A stretch of 64,000 nucleotides of DNA from Octopus sinensis (taxonomy: Eukaryota), in the NCBI RefSeq assembly GCF_006345805.1, contig NC_043015.1:9548001-9612000 (forward strand), in the 5' to 3' direction. Position 1 is the first letter of the stretch. Each line of letters opens with the position of its first letter. Shown here piece by piece: positions 52,791 to 64,000 of this stretch. A model generated the notes under the pieces. It ran no database searches and was not told where the DNA came from. It saw only the letters and a program-made list of their open reading frames with translations. The translations under genes were made by a program, and so were the position numbers.

Positions 52791-54538
52791 GTAATTGTGC
52801 TTTAAATTAATTTCTAATTTTTAATTAATTTCAAAATTTTGTCCATCAGGATAATGCGAAAATAATATTATCACTATAAAATGCAATGGATGTCGTACAG
52901 AGAAGAAAACCCAACAAGACATAACAATAACGGAATTTGCATCACAAATTGGAAGACAATAATTTCATTAGCTTTAAAAATGGCGATGGAAACATCACAA
53001 TCTAAATCATCCGATGTATGGAAAATTCAGTGTCATTTTCTGCTTTTTCTTAGCCACATTTCAGTCCAGAAATTGAAGAGCGATAGTTAAATAGTTTCAG
53101 GAAAACGCTGATAATTTCAGGATGGCAGGTTTATATAATGCTCTATATTTTGTAGAATGCTGACACATAGAATTTCCATGAGCTGTTTACTGAACTATTT
53201 TGAACATTCAATTGCAAACTTTGCAGAAAAATGCAGATTATCTTTGCAGGAAGCAGGAAACGCCAATATACCTTTTTCCACTCTCCATTGAAACGATTGA
53301 AATATTTCGTGACGGTACACACTCCACTAGTCACAGAAACTTAAAAGGATTTAAATAATGTGAACTCTTAGGTTAGTAAAGATAATACATGACTAATATG
53401 GCCAATAAACCCACTAATTTTATCGTTTTTTCAACTTATGCTATATATCTAAATATGCCACTCTTTGTGTGAAATTTGGTAAACTTTAATATAAATTATG
53501 TCGACTGTAAATTTCATTATGTCTCAGTTAGTATAGTGAACACGAATCTACAAAATGCCAGGATTAATAGTTATGCTAGGATTAGACGCTACAATGTGTT
53601 CAGAATGGAGGACGTTGCGATCAAAATTCCTTTGTAACTGATAGAAATTTCGTCACTTAAGTGACAAAGACACTTTTGGAAATTCGATAACGAAATATTT
53701 TCTGTGTGTATGTTTGTGAGTTTGTATATATATATATATATATTATATATATATATATATTATATATATATATATATATATGTATATGTATGTGTGTGTG
53801 TGTAGTATTATTTTCCTCAATAACCTACTGGAAGAAATTTCACACAAATATCGTTGATCAAAAATAACTTTAGGCTCAAAAAATTTATGTTTTTGTAGAA
53901 ATTTACAATAATACTTAAGTCAGTTATGTTTATTTGTTGAGCGATATTTAGATACATGTACCTCCTCTCATAGTAAATACATTATTCCAGACGATATCAC
54001 ATTTTTTTTTATTATGAAGCATTTAATCATTGTATATCTCAGACACCATGTTGTAGATATTCATAAACCTGAAACAATTCACGTAGCAGAAATGTAACGA
54101 ATGCAGTACCAAACTTTATTGAAGCACATTTAATTCGGAACAGTTTGGTGATTATCCTATAAACTTCTATTTAAAGGCGTTCTGATATTCTACCTAAGTA
54201 ACTATTCGAAGGATTTCCATCAACCAAATATTCGCGATAAAAAAAGAAATGTGATATCATTTTCTATTTTTCTGTGCCTCGGTTAATATAGTATTTTGCA
54301 ATCAAATATTATCTAACAAAAATACTTACTAGGATGTAAATGGTTTAACGTAAGTTTATGATTGAATAAAAATGATGGCACTTTAAGATTAACATTGTAG
54401 CTCTTGCAGTAGATTGGCTGCGTTATTTGAATTTATTTTTATAACTATTCATCTTTCTAAGTTTTATCGTAGATTGCTTTCGATGTCGTCAATTTTAGAT
54501 ACACACACACACACTCATATACACACAAACACACACAT

Positions 54539-54602
<64 letters not shown>

Positions 54603-54613
54603 ATATATATATG

Positions 54614-54662
<49 letters not shown>

Positions 54663-54911
54663 ATATATATATATATATACGTATATATAAATATATGTGT
54701 ATAAGACAGACATTCACGGAAAACTTAAGATATACTATCTGTATAAAAAGCAAAAGTACACCCATAAGCGTGATATATTAATACGGTCATAACATATTGC
54801 GCAAAGTAAAAAACAAAACAAATCAAATATTGAATTTCAGGATACAAATCATTTAAATGATGATTTCTCAATCATAACTCATATGATATATTGCAGAACT
54901 GCACTTACCGA

Positions 54912-54933
54912 TAACAACAACAACAACAACAAC

Positions 54934-54971
<38 letters not shown>

Positions 54972-54985
54972 CAATAATGATGATG

Positions 54986-55043
<58 letters not shown>

Positions 55044-55095
55044 TAACAATAATAATAACAACAATAATGATGATAATAATAATAACAACAATAAT
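54912..55095. repeat. (AAC)n(AAT)n microsatellite
   Basis: Direct reading; source of the poly-N/L/I ORFs. Confidence 0.95.
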
Positions 55096-55382
55096 AAAAT
55101 CAATACTGATAGTAATAAATAAATATAGAAAGAAAGAAATAAAATACCTTCAAATACATAAATATAACAGGTATACTTAAAGAAGAGACAAATAATGATT
55201 GTTGGCCAAGTCAAGAACATTGGGTAAAAGTGCAAATTAATCAGAATCATTTTATTTCTATAGAAATTTTATATTTAACGTTCTGCTATCACTTTAGAAT
55301 TATGCTTACAGAATACATAAACAAAAACGCACGCAATTACGTGTATGCATGTGTATATAAATATCTATGTATATGTATATAC

Positions 55383-55430
<48 letters not shown>

Positions 55431-55528
55431 TTATATATATATATTACATGTATATGTGCATACAGGCGAAAATAATCTGTTTACATATACATGTATGAAT
55501 CTATATATATCTATATACAACTACATTC

Positions 55529-55810
55529 TTTCTCTCTGTCTCTCTGTTTCTCTCCCTCCATACTTACACACTCACACATCTTATACACACACACACACAT
55601 ATATTTATTGATATATATATGTATATATATATATATATATAATATATATGATATATATATAATATATATATAATATATATATATATAATATTATATATAT
55701 GTATATCTATATATATATATATATATATATGTGAGTGTGTGTGTATAATATTTGTGTGAGTGTGTATGTGTGTGTGTATATAGAGAGAGAGACAGAGAGA
55801 CAGAGAGAAA
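55529..55810. repeat. Quasi-palindromic compound microsatellite
   Basis: TTCTCTCTGTCTCTCTGT, TACACACTCACACA and TTATACACACACAC blocks on the left recur as reverse complements on the right, around an (AT)n core. Confidence 0.65.
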
Positions 55811-56454
55811 ATATGTATATATATATATCGCCAGGAGAACAATGAGATCTATATATTTTGAATGAAAATTTAAAGATTAAAGGTTTAAAGTTTAGCCCAT
55901 TAAATATATCATTTATGCATGCAACAATATATTTTGGAATAAAATATGTGTTTATCATTATCTGTAGAAGCCTTGTTTACGTACGTTTGATTACGCTTAA
56001 GCTTGTGTATACGTACTTTCTATGGTCTATTTTATATATTGTGTTCGTATGCCAAATTTTGTTTATGATATATTGGATTTTCTTGCTTAAGTTACTATGA
56101 AAATGATTTTTTTATATCCTTCATCGCGGATCGTTATATAAATTTGTTATATCAATTATATACATTTATGGAAATGCCTGTTGATAAATTCCATTGAAAA
56201 TATTAATTTGTCAGTTTTCGTATGCTCTCCGCCTTGAAACACGTATTAGGTATACAATACTAGCGTAAAATATTCATATTGTTATAATACTCTAACACGT
56301 GCACTCTAGTACAATCATTTGTATGACTGATACAGGAACGTTTGGTAAATAATATCATATATCAATACGCATTAATATCATTACAGAATTAAAACGCTGA
56401 ATGCATATACTAATAATCCTATCTGATAAAGGCACAAAGCCTGAGTTTGGTAGG

Positions 56455-56632
56455 AGGGGATAAGTCAATTACATCGACACCAGTGTTTCACTGGTAATTA
56501 ATTTATCGGCCCCGAAATGATGAAAGACAAAGTCGACCTCAGCGGAATTTGAACGCAGAATTTAGTGATGGGTGAAATGGCATTAATGATTTCGTTTAAA
56601 GGGGTAACAATTCTGCCAGCTCGCCACCTTTT
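56455..56632 (-). mobile_element. tRNA-derived SINE family C
   Basis: Reverse complement of the 37583 family, head AAGGTGGCGAGCTGGCAGAATTGTT. Confidence 0.85.
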
Positions 56633-56799
56633 TAGATATACTAATTACACTCTTACTAACATACACATATCCTACAAATAAATATCCAGCTAGGTTATAC
56701 TTAGTTCTATATTGATTCTTTATGTTTATCTCTCACGGTGATATGCCCTTACCTATGCACATGCAGGACATATAGACACTCCCCCATATATATATATAA

Positions 56800-57176
56800 T
56801 GAACGGTGCTGAGTTGTCACACATTGAATCAAAATTTTCTCAAAACAACTTGTCAGACTGTCCCATTACGGGGCATTGTTTCAAGCTAGCCGGCTTTTTC
56901 TGAGAAAACTGCACGTGCATTTTTCTCGCGTAGGCGTAGCATCGATCGCAACAGCTGATGTACTTGCGTGTACAAATGCACGTTCCCATGGCTTTATCGA
57001 TTGCATTCTCATCTGGAATCGATTTTTGTAATTTTTTCAAAACTTATACACGCATACACGCCCTGATACCCTAGGTATCTACATATTAAATGTGAGCCCA
57101 ATGGGAAGGAGGATGCCCGAGATCCTGGAAGGCACACACACAGACAGACAGACAGAATGGATTGTATATAGTAGAT
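56800..57176 (-). mobile_element. Possible Helitron 5' fragment
   Basis: Minus strand begins A|TCTACTATATACAAT followed by (CTGT)n; a short block is shared with ~37430-37480; no 3' CTAG hairpin found. Confidence 0.35.
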
Positions 57177-57189
57177 ATTCAACGGGAAC

Positions 57190-57329
57190 CTTTACAGATT
57201 CCGTCTATCAAATATATGGACAAGGCCCAAGTCTGTAGTAAAATACAATACCGAAGATGCAATGCAGTTTGACTGAACACGGAACCATGTGGTTCGTAGC
57301 AAGATTTTCACAATACAGCCCCACCTGCC
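57190..57329 (-). mobile_element. SINE family B, inverted 5' half
   Basis: Reverse complement matches the family B head and abuts the + copy. Confidence 0.75.
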
Positions 57330-57700
57330 CCTGTGTATGGCAAGAAGCTTGCTTCCGAACCAAATGATTCTGGATTCAATCGCACTGTATGGCGCATTGG
57401 GCGAGTGTCTTCTACTATAGCCCCGGGTCGACCAAAGCCTTGTCCATATATTTGGTAAGCGGAAACTGAAACAAGCCTGTCGTGTATACATATTTATATA
57501 TGTGTGTGTGTATGTGTTGTGTGTGTGTGCTTGTGTGTCTGCCCTCTCACCATCTCTTACGTCCCCGAACAAAGTGACTGGGAGACATAAGAGATAAAAT
57601 AAGTACTAGGCTTACGAAGAATGAGTCCTTGGGTCAGTTTTTTCGATTAAGGACGGTGCTCCAGCATGGCCGCTGTGAAATGACTGAAATAAGTAAAAGG
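57330..57700 (+). mobile_element. SINE family B, diverged copy
   Basis: GTGTCTTCTACTATAGCCCCGGGTCGACCAAAGCCTTG...CCAGCATGGCCGCTGTGAAATGACTGAAAT. Confidence 0.85.
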
Positions 57701-57769
57701 AAAATGAATATATATTGTGTGAGAAAAAGAGAGAAAGAGAGACAGACAGAGAGAGACAAATAGATAGAT

Positions 57770-57779
57770 AGTTAGATAT

Positions 57780-57871
<92 letters not shown>

Positions 57872-57873
57872 GA
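57770..57873. repeat. (GATA)n microsatellite
   Basis: Direct reading. Confidence 0.95.
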
Positions 57874-58815
57874 TGGATTGAAGTGCATGGGGCACATCTA
57901 TACATCTGTATCCAATCTAAAACTTTGAATATATCGAAGCGATATATTAATCTTTTTGTTTCCACTTCAAACGATAGGTAGTTAAAGTCTGATAACAATG
58001 AAAGCTTAAATTCCTATGAAGTTTGAAGAATATTTACCGAAACTGATTTACCGGGGTTTTGTTTTATATAGGATATGGAGGAATTTATGTCCATGTTTTT
58101 TAACCTTCAAGAATTGTTGTGTTGTATTCTTCCAACTATATAGTTTGCATCATAATTTATGTTTCCGAGTAAGATATATAACACGGAAATATGTTTTGAA
58201 GTATCAATCTATCTAAAATTCATTTTAATAAAATATGTTTTTTCTTTACTATTTGACTATAAATCCTCTTTTCTCAATTCTATCTTCCTTTCGAGACAGC
58301 ATTCGTAATCATCATCAAATAAATGGTAACCAAAGCAGGATTGGTCATCCTGGCTCAGACTGAAGGATGATACAATTATTGACAGTTGACGATATGCTGT
58401 GCAGAACGAAACGAAATATCCACCAACATGTTTAGGATTTTCTCTGGTCATATGCTGTTGTCCCATATAATTCAAAAGTATACGGAAAAGCATACGGAAC
58501 TTAGGCTGGTATGCATACATCTTCTCTAAAATAGATTTAGAGTATATCGTACGGAACGTTGTTGAAATAATTATAGTCATGTAAAATAGTACTTAACAGC
58601 TCCCTGTTAAATCAATTCCTCATACGTTCTGATGTCTGTTATAATAAAAAATAAATTCACTCATAGCGGGCTGGTAGTCTTCGCTTTCATAACTGACGAA
58701 GTGGATCAAGAAATGCATTAGGTTCAACTTTCTGCGTGACGTCATCTCTCTCCCTCTCTCTCGTTGGCTTTTTTCCCCTCCGTCTTCCCTTCTCTGGATC
58801 TTTTCTCTTCCTATG

Positions 58816-58848
58816 TTTCCGACGAAGACCTCTGCTCGAAACGTTAAA
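58816..58848 (+). ncRNA. Hammerhead-like motif of a third terminus family (variant core)
   Basis: TTT-CCGACGA-A-GAC(ctctg)CTC-GAAA-CGTT-AAA: helix I TTT/AAA, ACGT palindrome, but U4 to C and a weak helix II. Confidence 0.35.
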
Positions 58849-58982
58849 TCCTCGTTTTTCCCTTCCTTCCTGAGCGTCCAATAATACTATACTTGTTCCA
58901 CGTCCTCGCGTTGTTGTGTTTTCTCTTTTTGTTTCCATGTTTGGATTAACTATATTATATATATATATATATATTATATATA

Positions 58983-59015
<33 letters not shown>

Positions 59016-59033
59016 GATAGATAGATAGATAGG

Positions 59034-59099
<66 letters not shown>

Positions 59100-59808
59100 T
59101 AATTATAGATATAGACACACGTACACACAAGCATATATACATAATAACACAATTATGTATGTGTGTATGTATGTGTCTCTGAGTATGAGTCTCTGTGCGT
59201 ACGCATGTATTCATGTTGAAATATATAAGCACATCGCTTTTAATTACATTGTGGCTGTGACATCTAACAATCGGAAAATCAAGTTTAATTCACTTTTATT
59301 TCTCACTGTCTCATAAACCCCCAAACTTTTCATTGCAATCCCGTAACTTATTTACCATGTAATCCCAATACAGTATTATATGGTATTTAGAGTTGCCAGA
59401 TGTATTAATAAATATATGAGTCATTAAATTTCTTTCGACTGACTGTGTAATCGATTAACTATACGTCTTCTCCACTTCAATTAGTGGTAAGTTACTACAA
59501 TTGCAACTCTTTCTACTTTAGGTAACAGCAATATCATATAAGACGGATGCGTCAATAAGAATTCTTTCTGTCACTAATTGCTAAGCCCCGGAATTGATCC
59601 TTTTCGATTTGTACTCTCTTCTGATATATACGAAGGTATTACATTCACTTTATTCTTTTATTCTGCAACTTGATTCAGTCATTAGGCTGCAGTTATACTA
59701 GGCAACTTCTTTCATAAATTTTAGTCGAACAAATCAACTCCAGTATATATTTTTAAAACCTGGTATTCCTCTATAGAGCTTTTCTCGGTCGGTGTGTTTT
59801 ATATATAA

Positions 59809-60206
59809 CTAGCAGTATCGCCCGGCGTTTCTCGGGTTTGTAAGGGAAATAACTATAAAGCATTTTTAGAGAGTTATAACCCAAAGTAGCAAAAACATGC
59901 ATTAAAAATGAAAAAAAGTATGATGGTAAATATTTTTTAAAAATCGTTGACTCATCGTAGACATTTTTAGAGAGTCACTTCCCTTATATTTAAAAAGAAT
60001 ATGCATTAAAATGGAAAAAGATGGTGGTAAATTATTTTTTAAAATCGTAGACTCATCGTAGACGCGCGCTAATACCCAGAAGGGTTCGATATGAATGACG
60101 ACTATAAGATAGCCGGTTTTGGTTAAACTGCACCGCAAAATGTGGGAGTAGCTAGGAATCTAAATCAGAGTAGACAGACACACAACCTTACTTTTATATA
60201 TAAAGA
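59809..60206 (-). mobile_element. Non-autonomous Helitron, complete
   Basis: Minus strand A|TCTTTATATATAAAAG ... CCCGAGAAACGCCGGGCGATACTGCTAG|T: TC start, subterminal GC-rich hairpin, CTAG end, inserted between A and T. Confidence 0.85.
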
Positions 60207-60351
60207 TTTTGTGCTTACTTAGCGCGCATTAACTTTTCTTAACCGGATTAGGGAAACCGATACGCGACTTTTATATTATACAAGTAATTCGAATTTAAAT
60301 AACAAATATTTTCATTTATTCATTATTTTTTATTTATGCGCTCTTTTCAAT

Positions 60352-60616
60352 CCTAGCCGGGCTCATGGGCCCGGATTCCCGGTTTGCGTGGCGCATGTGT
60401 TCCCCCCAGCTGGACGGGACGCCAGCCCATCGCAGCGTTAACCAAGAAACAGGAAGAAAGAGTGAGAGAAAGTTAGAGCGAAAGAGTACAACAGGGGTAG
60501 CCACCGCCCACTGTTGGAACCTTGTGGGGCTTTAGGTGTTTTCGTTCAATAAACACACACAACGCCCGGTCTGGGAATCGAAACCGCTGCCCTAAACACT
60601 AGGCCATTGCGCCTCC
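60352..60616 (-). mobile_element. tRNA-derived SINE family A (short-tail variant)
   Basis: Same head and tail as 6310-6580. Confidence 0.9.
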
Positions 60617-60959
60617 AGATATATTAGCATATTTCATTAAATTAGATGTGATATAGAAACTCGTACTGATCTTAATATTAATCTTTCCTTCTTTCATCAA
60701 ACGCTTCTGTGAATTCCACATCTCATATGTCCAATTATTTCGACATCAAAAAAAAAAACATATTATTTGGTCGTTGAATATTCATAGAATTAACATATTC
60801 AAATTCATTATATACTGAAACAGGTAAATTTAAACAAACACGCACATTCATATTAGAAAAAATTCAAACTTTCAACTAGAATGAAATGTATATCCATTTC
60901 AACTTTTTACCAATATACAATTTATGATTTTATGACGTAATTATTGGACACTATTTTGC

Positions 60960-61285
60960 AATATTAACCTATTGTGTAACCTCTCGAAAGAGCTGTTCTT
61001 CACTCCTGCTCCAGAGCGTCGGCTGCGGGGTCATTCCGAAAAGCTTTACTTGCGACGATTTCATCTCAATCGAAGGAGAGGAGCTTTCTCCGTCCGGGTT
61101 GCGGATCCGTGGAACAAGCTGCCAGACGAGATGGTGAAGATGCCGACGACCGCTTTGTTCAAAGTCTCCCTTGACCTCAAGTGGTCTGAACTCTTTACAT
61201 GAACACCACCCTGTACATAACTCGATGTCCCCCTACATGGCCTTGCTGTTTGCTTTGGAGCCAAATTTACTAACTAACTAACTAT
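60960..61285 (+). mobile_element. CR1-clade LINE 3' end
   Basis: ORF 60972..61202 RLRGHSEKL...FSVRVADPWNKLP, short 3' UTR and (TAAC)n tail. Confidence 0.85.
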
Positions 61286-62999
61286 TTTTTAGTAAATAAA
61301 ATTTACTAAAAAAATTACACAATTTAAACAAATTTCGCTCTACATATGACAAATGATTATTTATCTCTCAATAACCAACCTTCTGCGTTTACACATTATA
61401 TTAACTGTTAACTAATATATTTGATTTCACATATACTTAATTGTAAACTTTTATAAAGCTTTGGTGATTATTTCATCATATCTTCAATATTTCACATATT
61501 TTCGATTAGTCGACATACATATGAATATTAAATTTATAACAATTCTACTAACTGGACATTTACATATCTGAATATATGATGATGAAATGGATGTATCCGA
61601 TAAGCGTATATAACTACGCGTTTATCAATAAACAATATCTTAATGTGAATTCATGCGGAATACTGTTTCCTACTAATTTTACAACATACAAAATAATGAT
61701 TAAGCCATGCAACATCTTTAATATTTTTCTAGAACATAATAAATTATAGTATAATACAGAAATATATAAAGGAGCACACAAAACACCTAAACTACTTGTA
61801 TTACATACGCATGCTTCAATCGATTAATATAATATCGCACGGAGATTATATAAAGCGTATTTATTGAACTATTTTAAACGCAATTTACTGCAATCGATAT
61901 ACATACATCAAAAGCCAAATTCATTTTTCACCTATTTCCAAATGAAATTCTGAAATAAATTAAAATATATATGTTGATGTATATCTCTGGACAACATACG
62001 CACGCTTACACATGTACATACGCGCGCACATGCACACACATACACACGCGCACGCAAACATGTATATGCTGGTATCTACATGTGCATTTTCTGTGTATGT
62101 ACACTGAATTTTACTGGCAAGTTTGGAACCCTCGGCATTTGTTACATGTTAGTATAGATTATCTAACATCCACTTCTTGGTTTCCATTGAATTTGTTAGA
62201 AGCGCTGAATTTTTTTGAAAATTGTAAGGCCTTTCAGTGTGTCTTCATTCATTAAGAGCGTACGGAATGCCTCGATGTATCCAGCAGCATTAATTGGAAG
62301 ACATTCTGGGAAGGTGCGTAGTTGTAGAGCATTACTATTGTGACTCATTAGCCCTGAGACCAGAACAGCTGTTGGAAACTTAATGCACCTCAGAAATGTA
62401 TGAACATAACAATTTCTAATTACCCTTAAAGATTTCTGATTTTGGTTGATGTTTTTCTAAGAGTAGAACCTAACATGCCTTCTTAGTGATCTTAACATGT
62501 AACCACTTGGCAAAGATCAAATGGATTACCAGCGTCTTTACAGAAAAGAACTACAAAAGAAATGAGCTGAGAAGAAAGTCCCCATGCAACACAGCACGGA
62601 GAGTCCTTCCTGACACTGAAGTTACTTGGCAATGTATATGATTAATTTCCCGAAATAATCTTCGAACATATTTCAAATCTATTGAATGTCTTGCCATAAT
62701 ATTATAGAGTGTGGATAATTAGAGGGACTTTCTTTTTCATGCAGTTGAATATTTCCACCAGAAGCTTTCAGCTCTATCCGGACTTTTTTAAATGAAATTA
62801 ATTAAATGAAATTATTTAAATGAAACCTGGATGAATTATAAATGTTATAGTTAAAATATAAACCATCTCCTATACAATGATGAGTTACACATTTTCATTA
62901 AAATACAATGGAATGGAAAGAATCTTGCCCATAGATTTAACAATGACATCAGGATGAGCAATTTGTTGTACAAATGTACCAAAATGATCCTGGGAAGAG

Positions 63000-63560
63000 G
63001 CAATACACTTCACTGTGCGTAGCCTAATAGATCAGAGAATTACACCACATTCACTCATATATATGTCTAGGAATAAACGAAATAGCTAAAACACAACTCA
63101 CAGAAATGAAAGAAAAAACTAGTAGACAATATCACGAAAGAGTGAGACTAATATTAAACACTGAACTTCATACTAAAAATAAGATAATATGAATACACTT
63201 TCCAACCCTAGCGGTCATAAATTACATCTTCAACATAATAAACTACAAAATCGGTGAGTACAGACATTAGATAGGAAAAGCGAGAAATTATTAACATTAT
63301 ACCGAAGTCACCAACCAAAAGCAGACGCAGACTGAATATCTACCCCGTTGAGAATGAGATTCCGACCTAACACAAATAGAGAACTGCTATAAAATATCTA
63401 CATTTGGAATAGAAGAATGCTGAGAAACACAAATTTGACGACTACTCTATATAGTAATGCAACAAAAACGCAAGAAAGCAATGATCTCTATATCAAAATG
63501 CAAAACAGAAACAAACTACTGTGAAGCACTGATCTTAGACGAGAACATTGCAAAAATGGT
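63000..63560 (+). mobile_element. R4-like LINE fragment (post-RT region)
   Basis: RQYHERVRLILNTELHTKNKI, DRKA-KLL...HQPKADAD...IENCYKIST motifs parallel 29000-29350. Confidence 0.7.
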
Positions 63561-64000
63561 CTTTTGATGTGGCCATTATATCTTGTACGGCCCTGTTGTA
63601 TTTATCTTTTCACAGAGCTGTTCACATTGTGTGGTTTAAAAAGACGTTTGTGCTTACTCATATTTATCAGCTTTGTTATATTGTCTTCGGTTTTCTCATT
63701 GATTCAGTCAGTTCGTCCGCATCAGAGATTATATTCGCTCTGCCATGTTGAGTGCCATTTTGTTTTCGGTTATATATTTTTATATCAGTTTTGCTTGCCT
63801 ATGTGTGTTGTTGATTTGCAATGTTGTGACAATTATTCCAGGGTGTGTAAAGACTTTGCTTACGTTAATATATTCTATTATTTTTTGTATGCTCTAATAT
63901 ATTCTATGATATATAACGCCTTATGTGTGACTTTTGCTTGATTGAAGCCATTTTTTTGTGTTCTTAGGTACTTTATTTACATAATAGTTATTACTATTCT

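Noticed and set aside
58257-58580. 107-aa minus-strand ORF
   Set aside because: No recognisable domain or splice support on that strand.
63564-63941. 125-aa hydrophobic, Cys-rich ORF
   Set aside because: The opposite strand resembles a decayed R4-like pre-RT region; the composition is what an antisense read of A-rich LINE sequence gives.

Overview
AT-rich eukaryotic window, most consistent with a coleoid cephalopod (Octopus sp.). This is inferred from the tRNA-derived SINE types and the dense (AT)n/(AAT)n/(GATA)n microsatellites, not from a database search. It is mostly intron-like or intergenic DNA full of decayed transposons: a MULE transposase with a FLYWCH-like domain, a near-full-length Penelope-like element (PLE; RT plus GIY-YIG), further PLE fragments, R4-clade, RTE and CR1 LINE remnants, a mariner, non-autonomous Helitrons, a fold-back MITE and at least four tRNA-SINE families. 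Most ORFs in the supplied track are microsatellite or SINE artefacts. No host gene can be named. There are splice-signal-supported candidate micro-exons on the + strand (best cluster 51311-52790) and a frame-consistent exon pair on the - strand (7807-8404). The most notable signal is a repeated composite element: tRNA-like Pol III head, then (AAT)n, then a PLE-type tail carrying a minimal type I hammerhead ribozyme motif with a palindromic helix III. It occurs three times as head-to-head inverted dimers, one flanked by an apparent target-site duplication. Two other hammerhead-bearing PLE terminus families are also present. All family assignments are from motif recognition by eye, and repeat boundaries are approximate.
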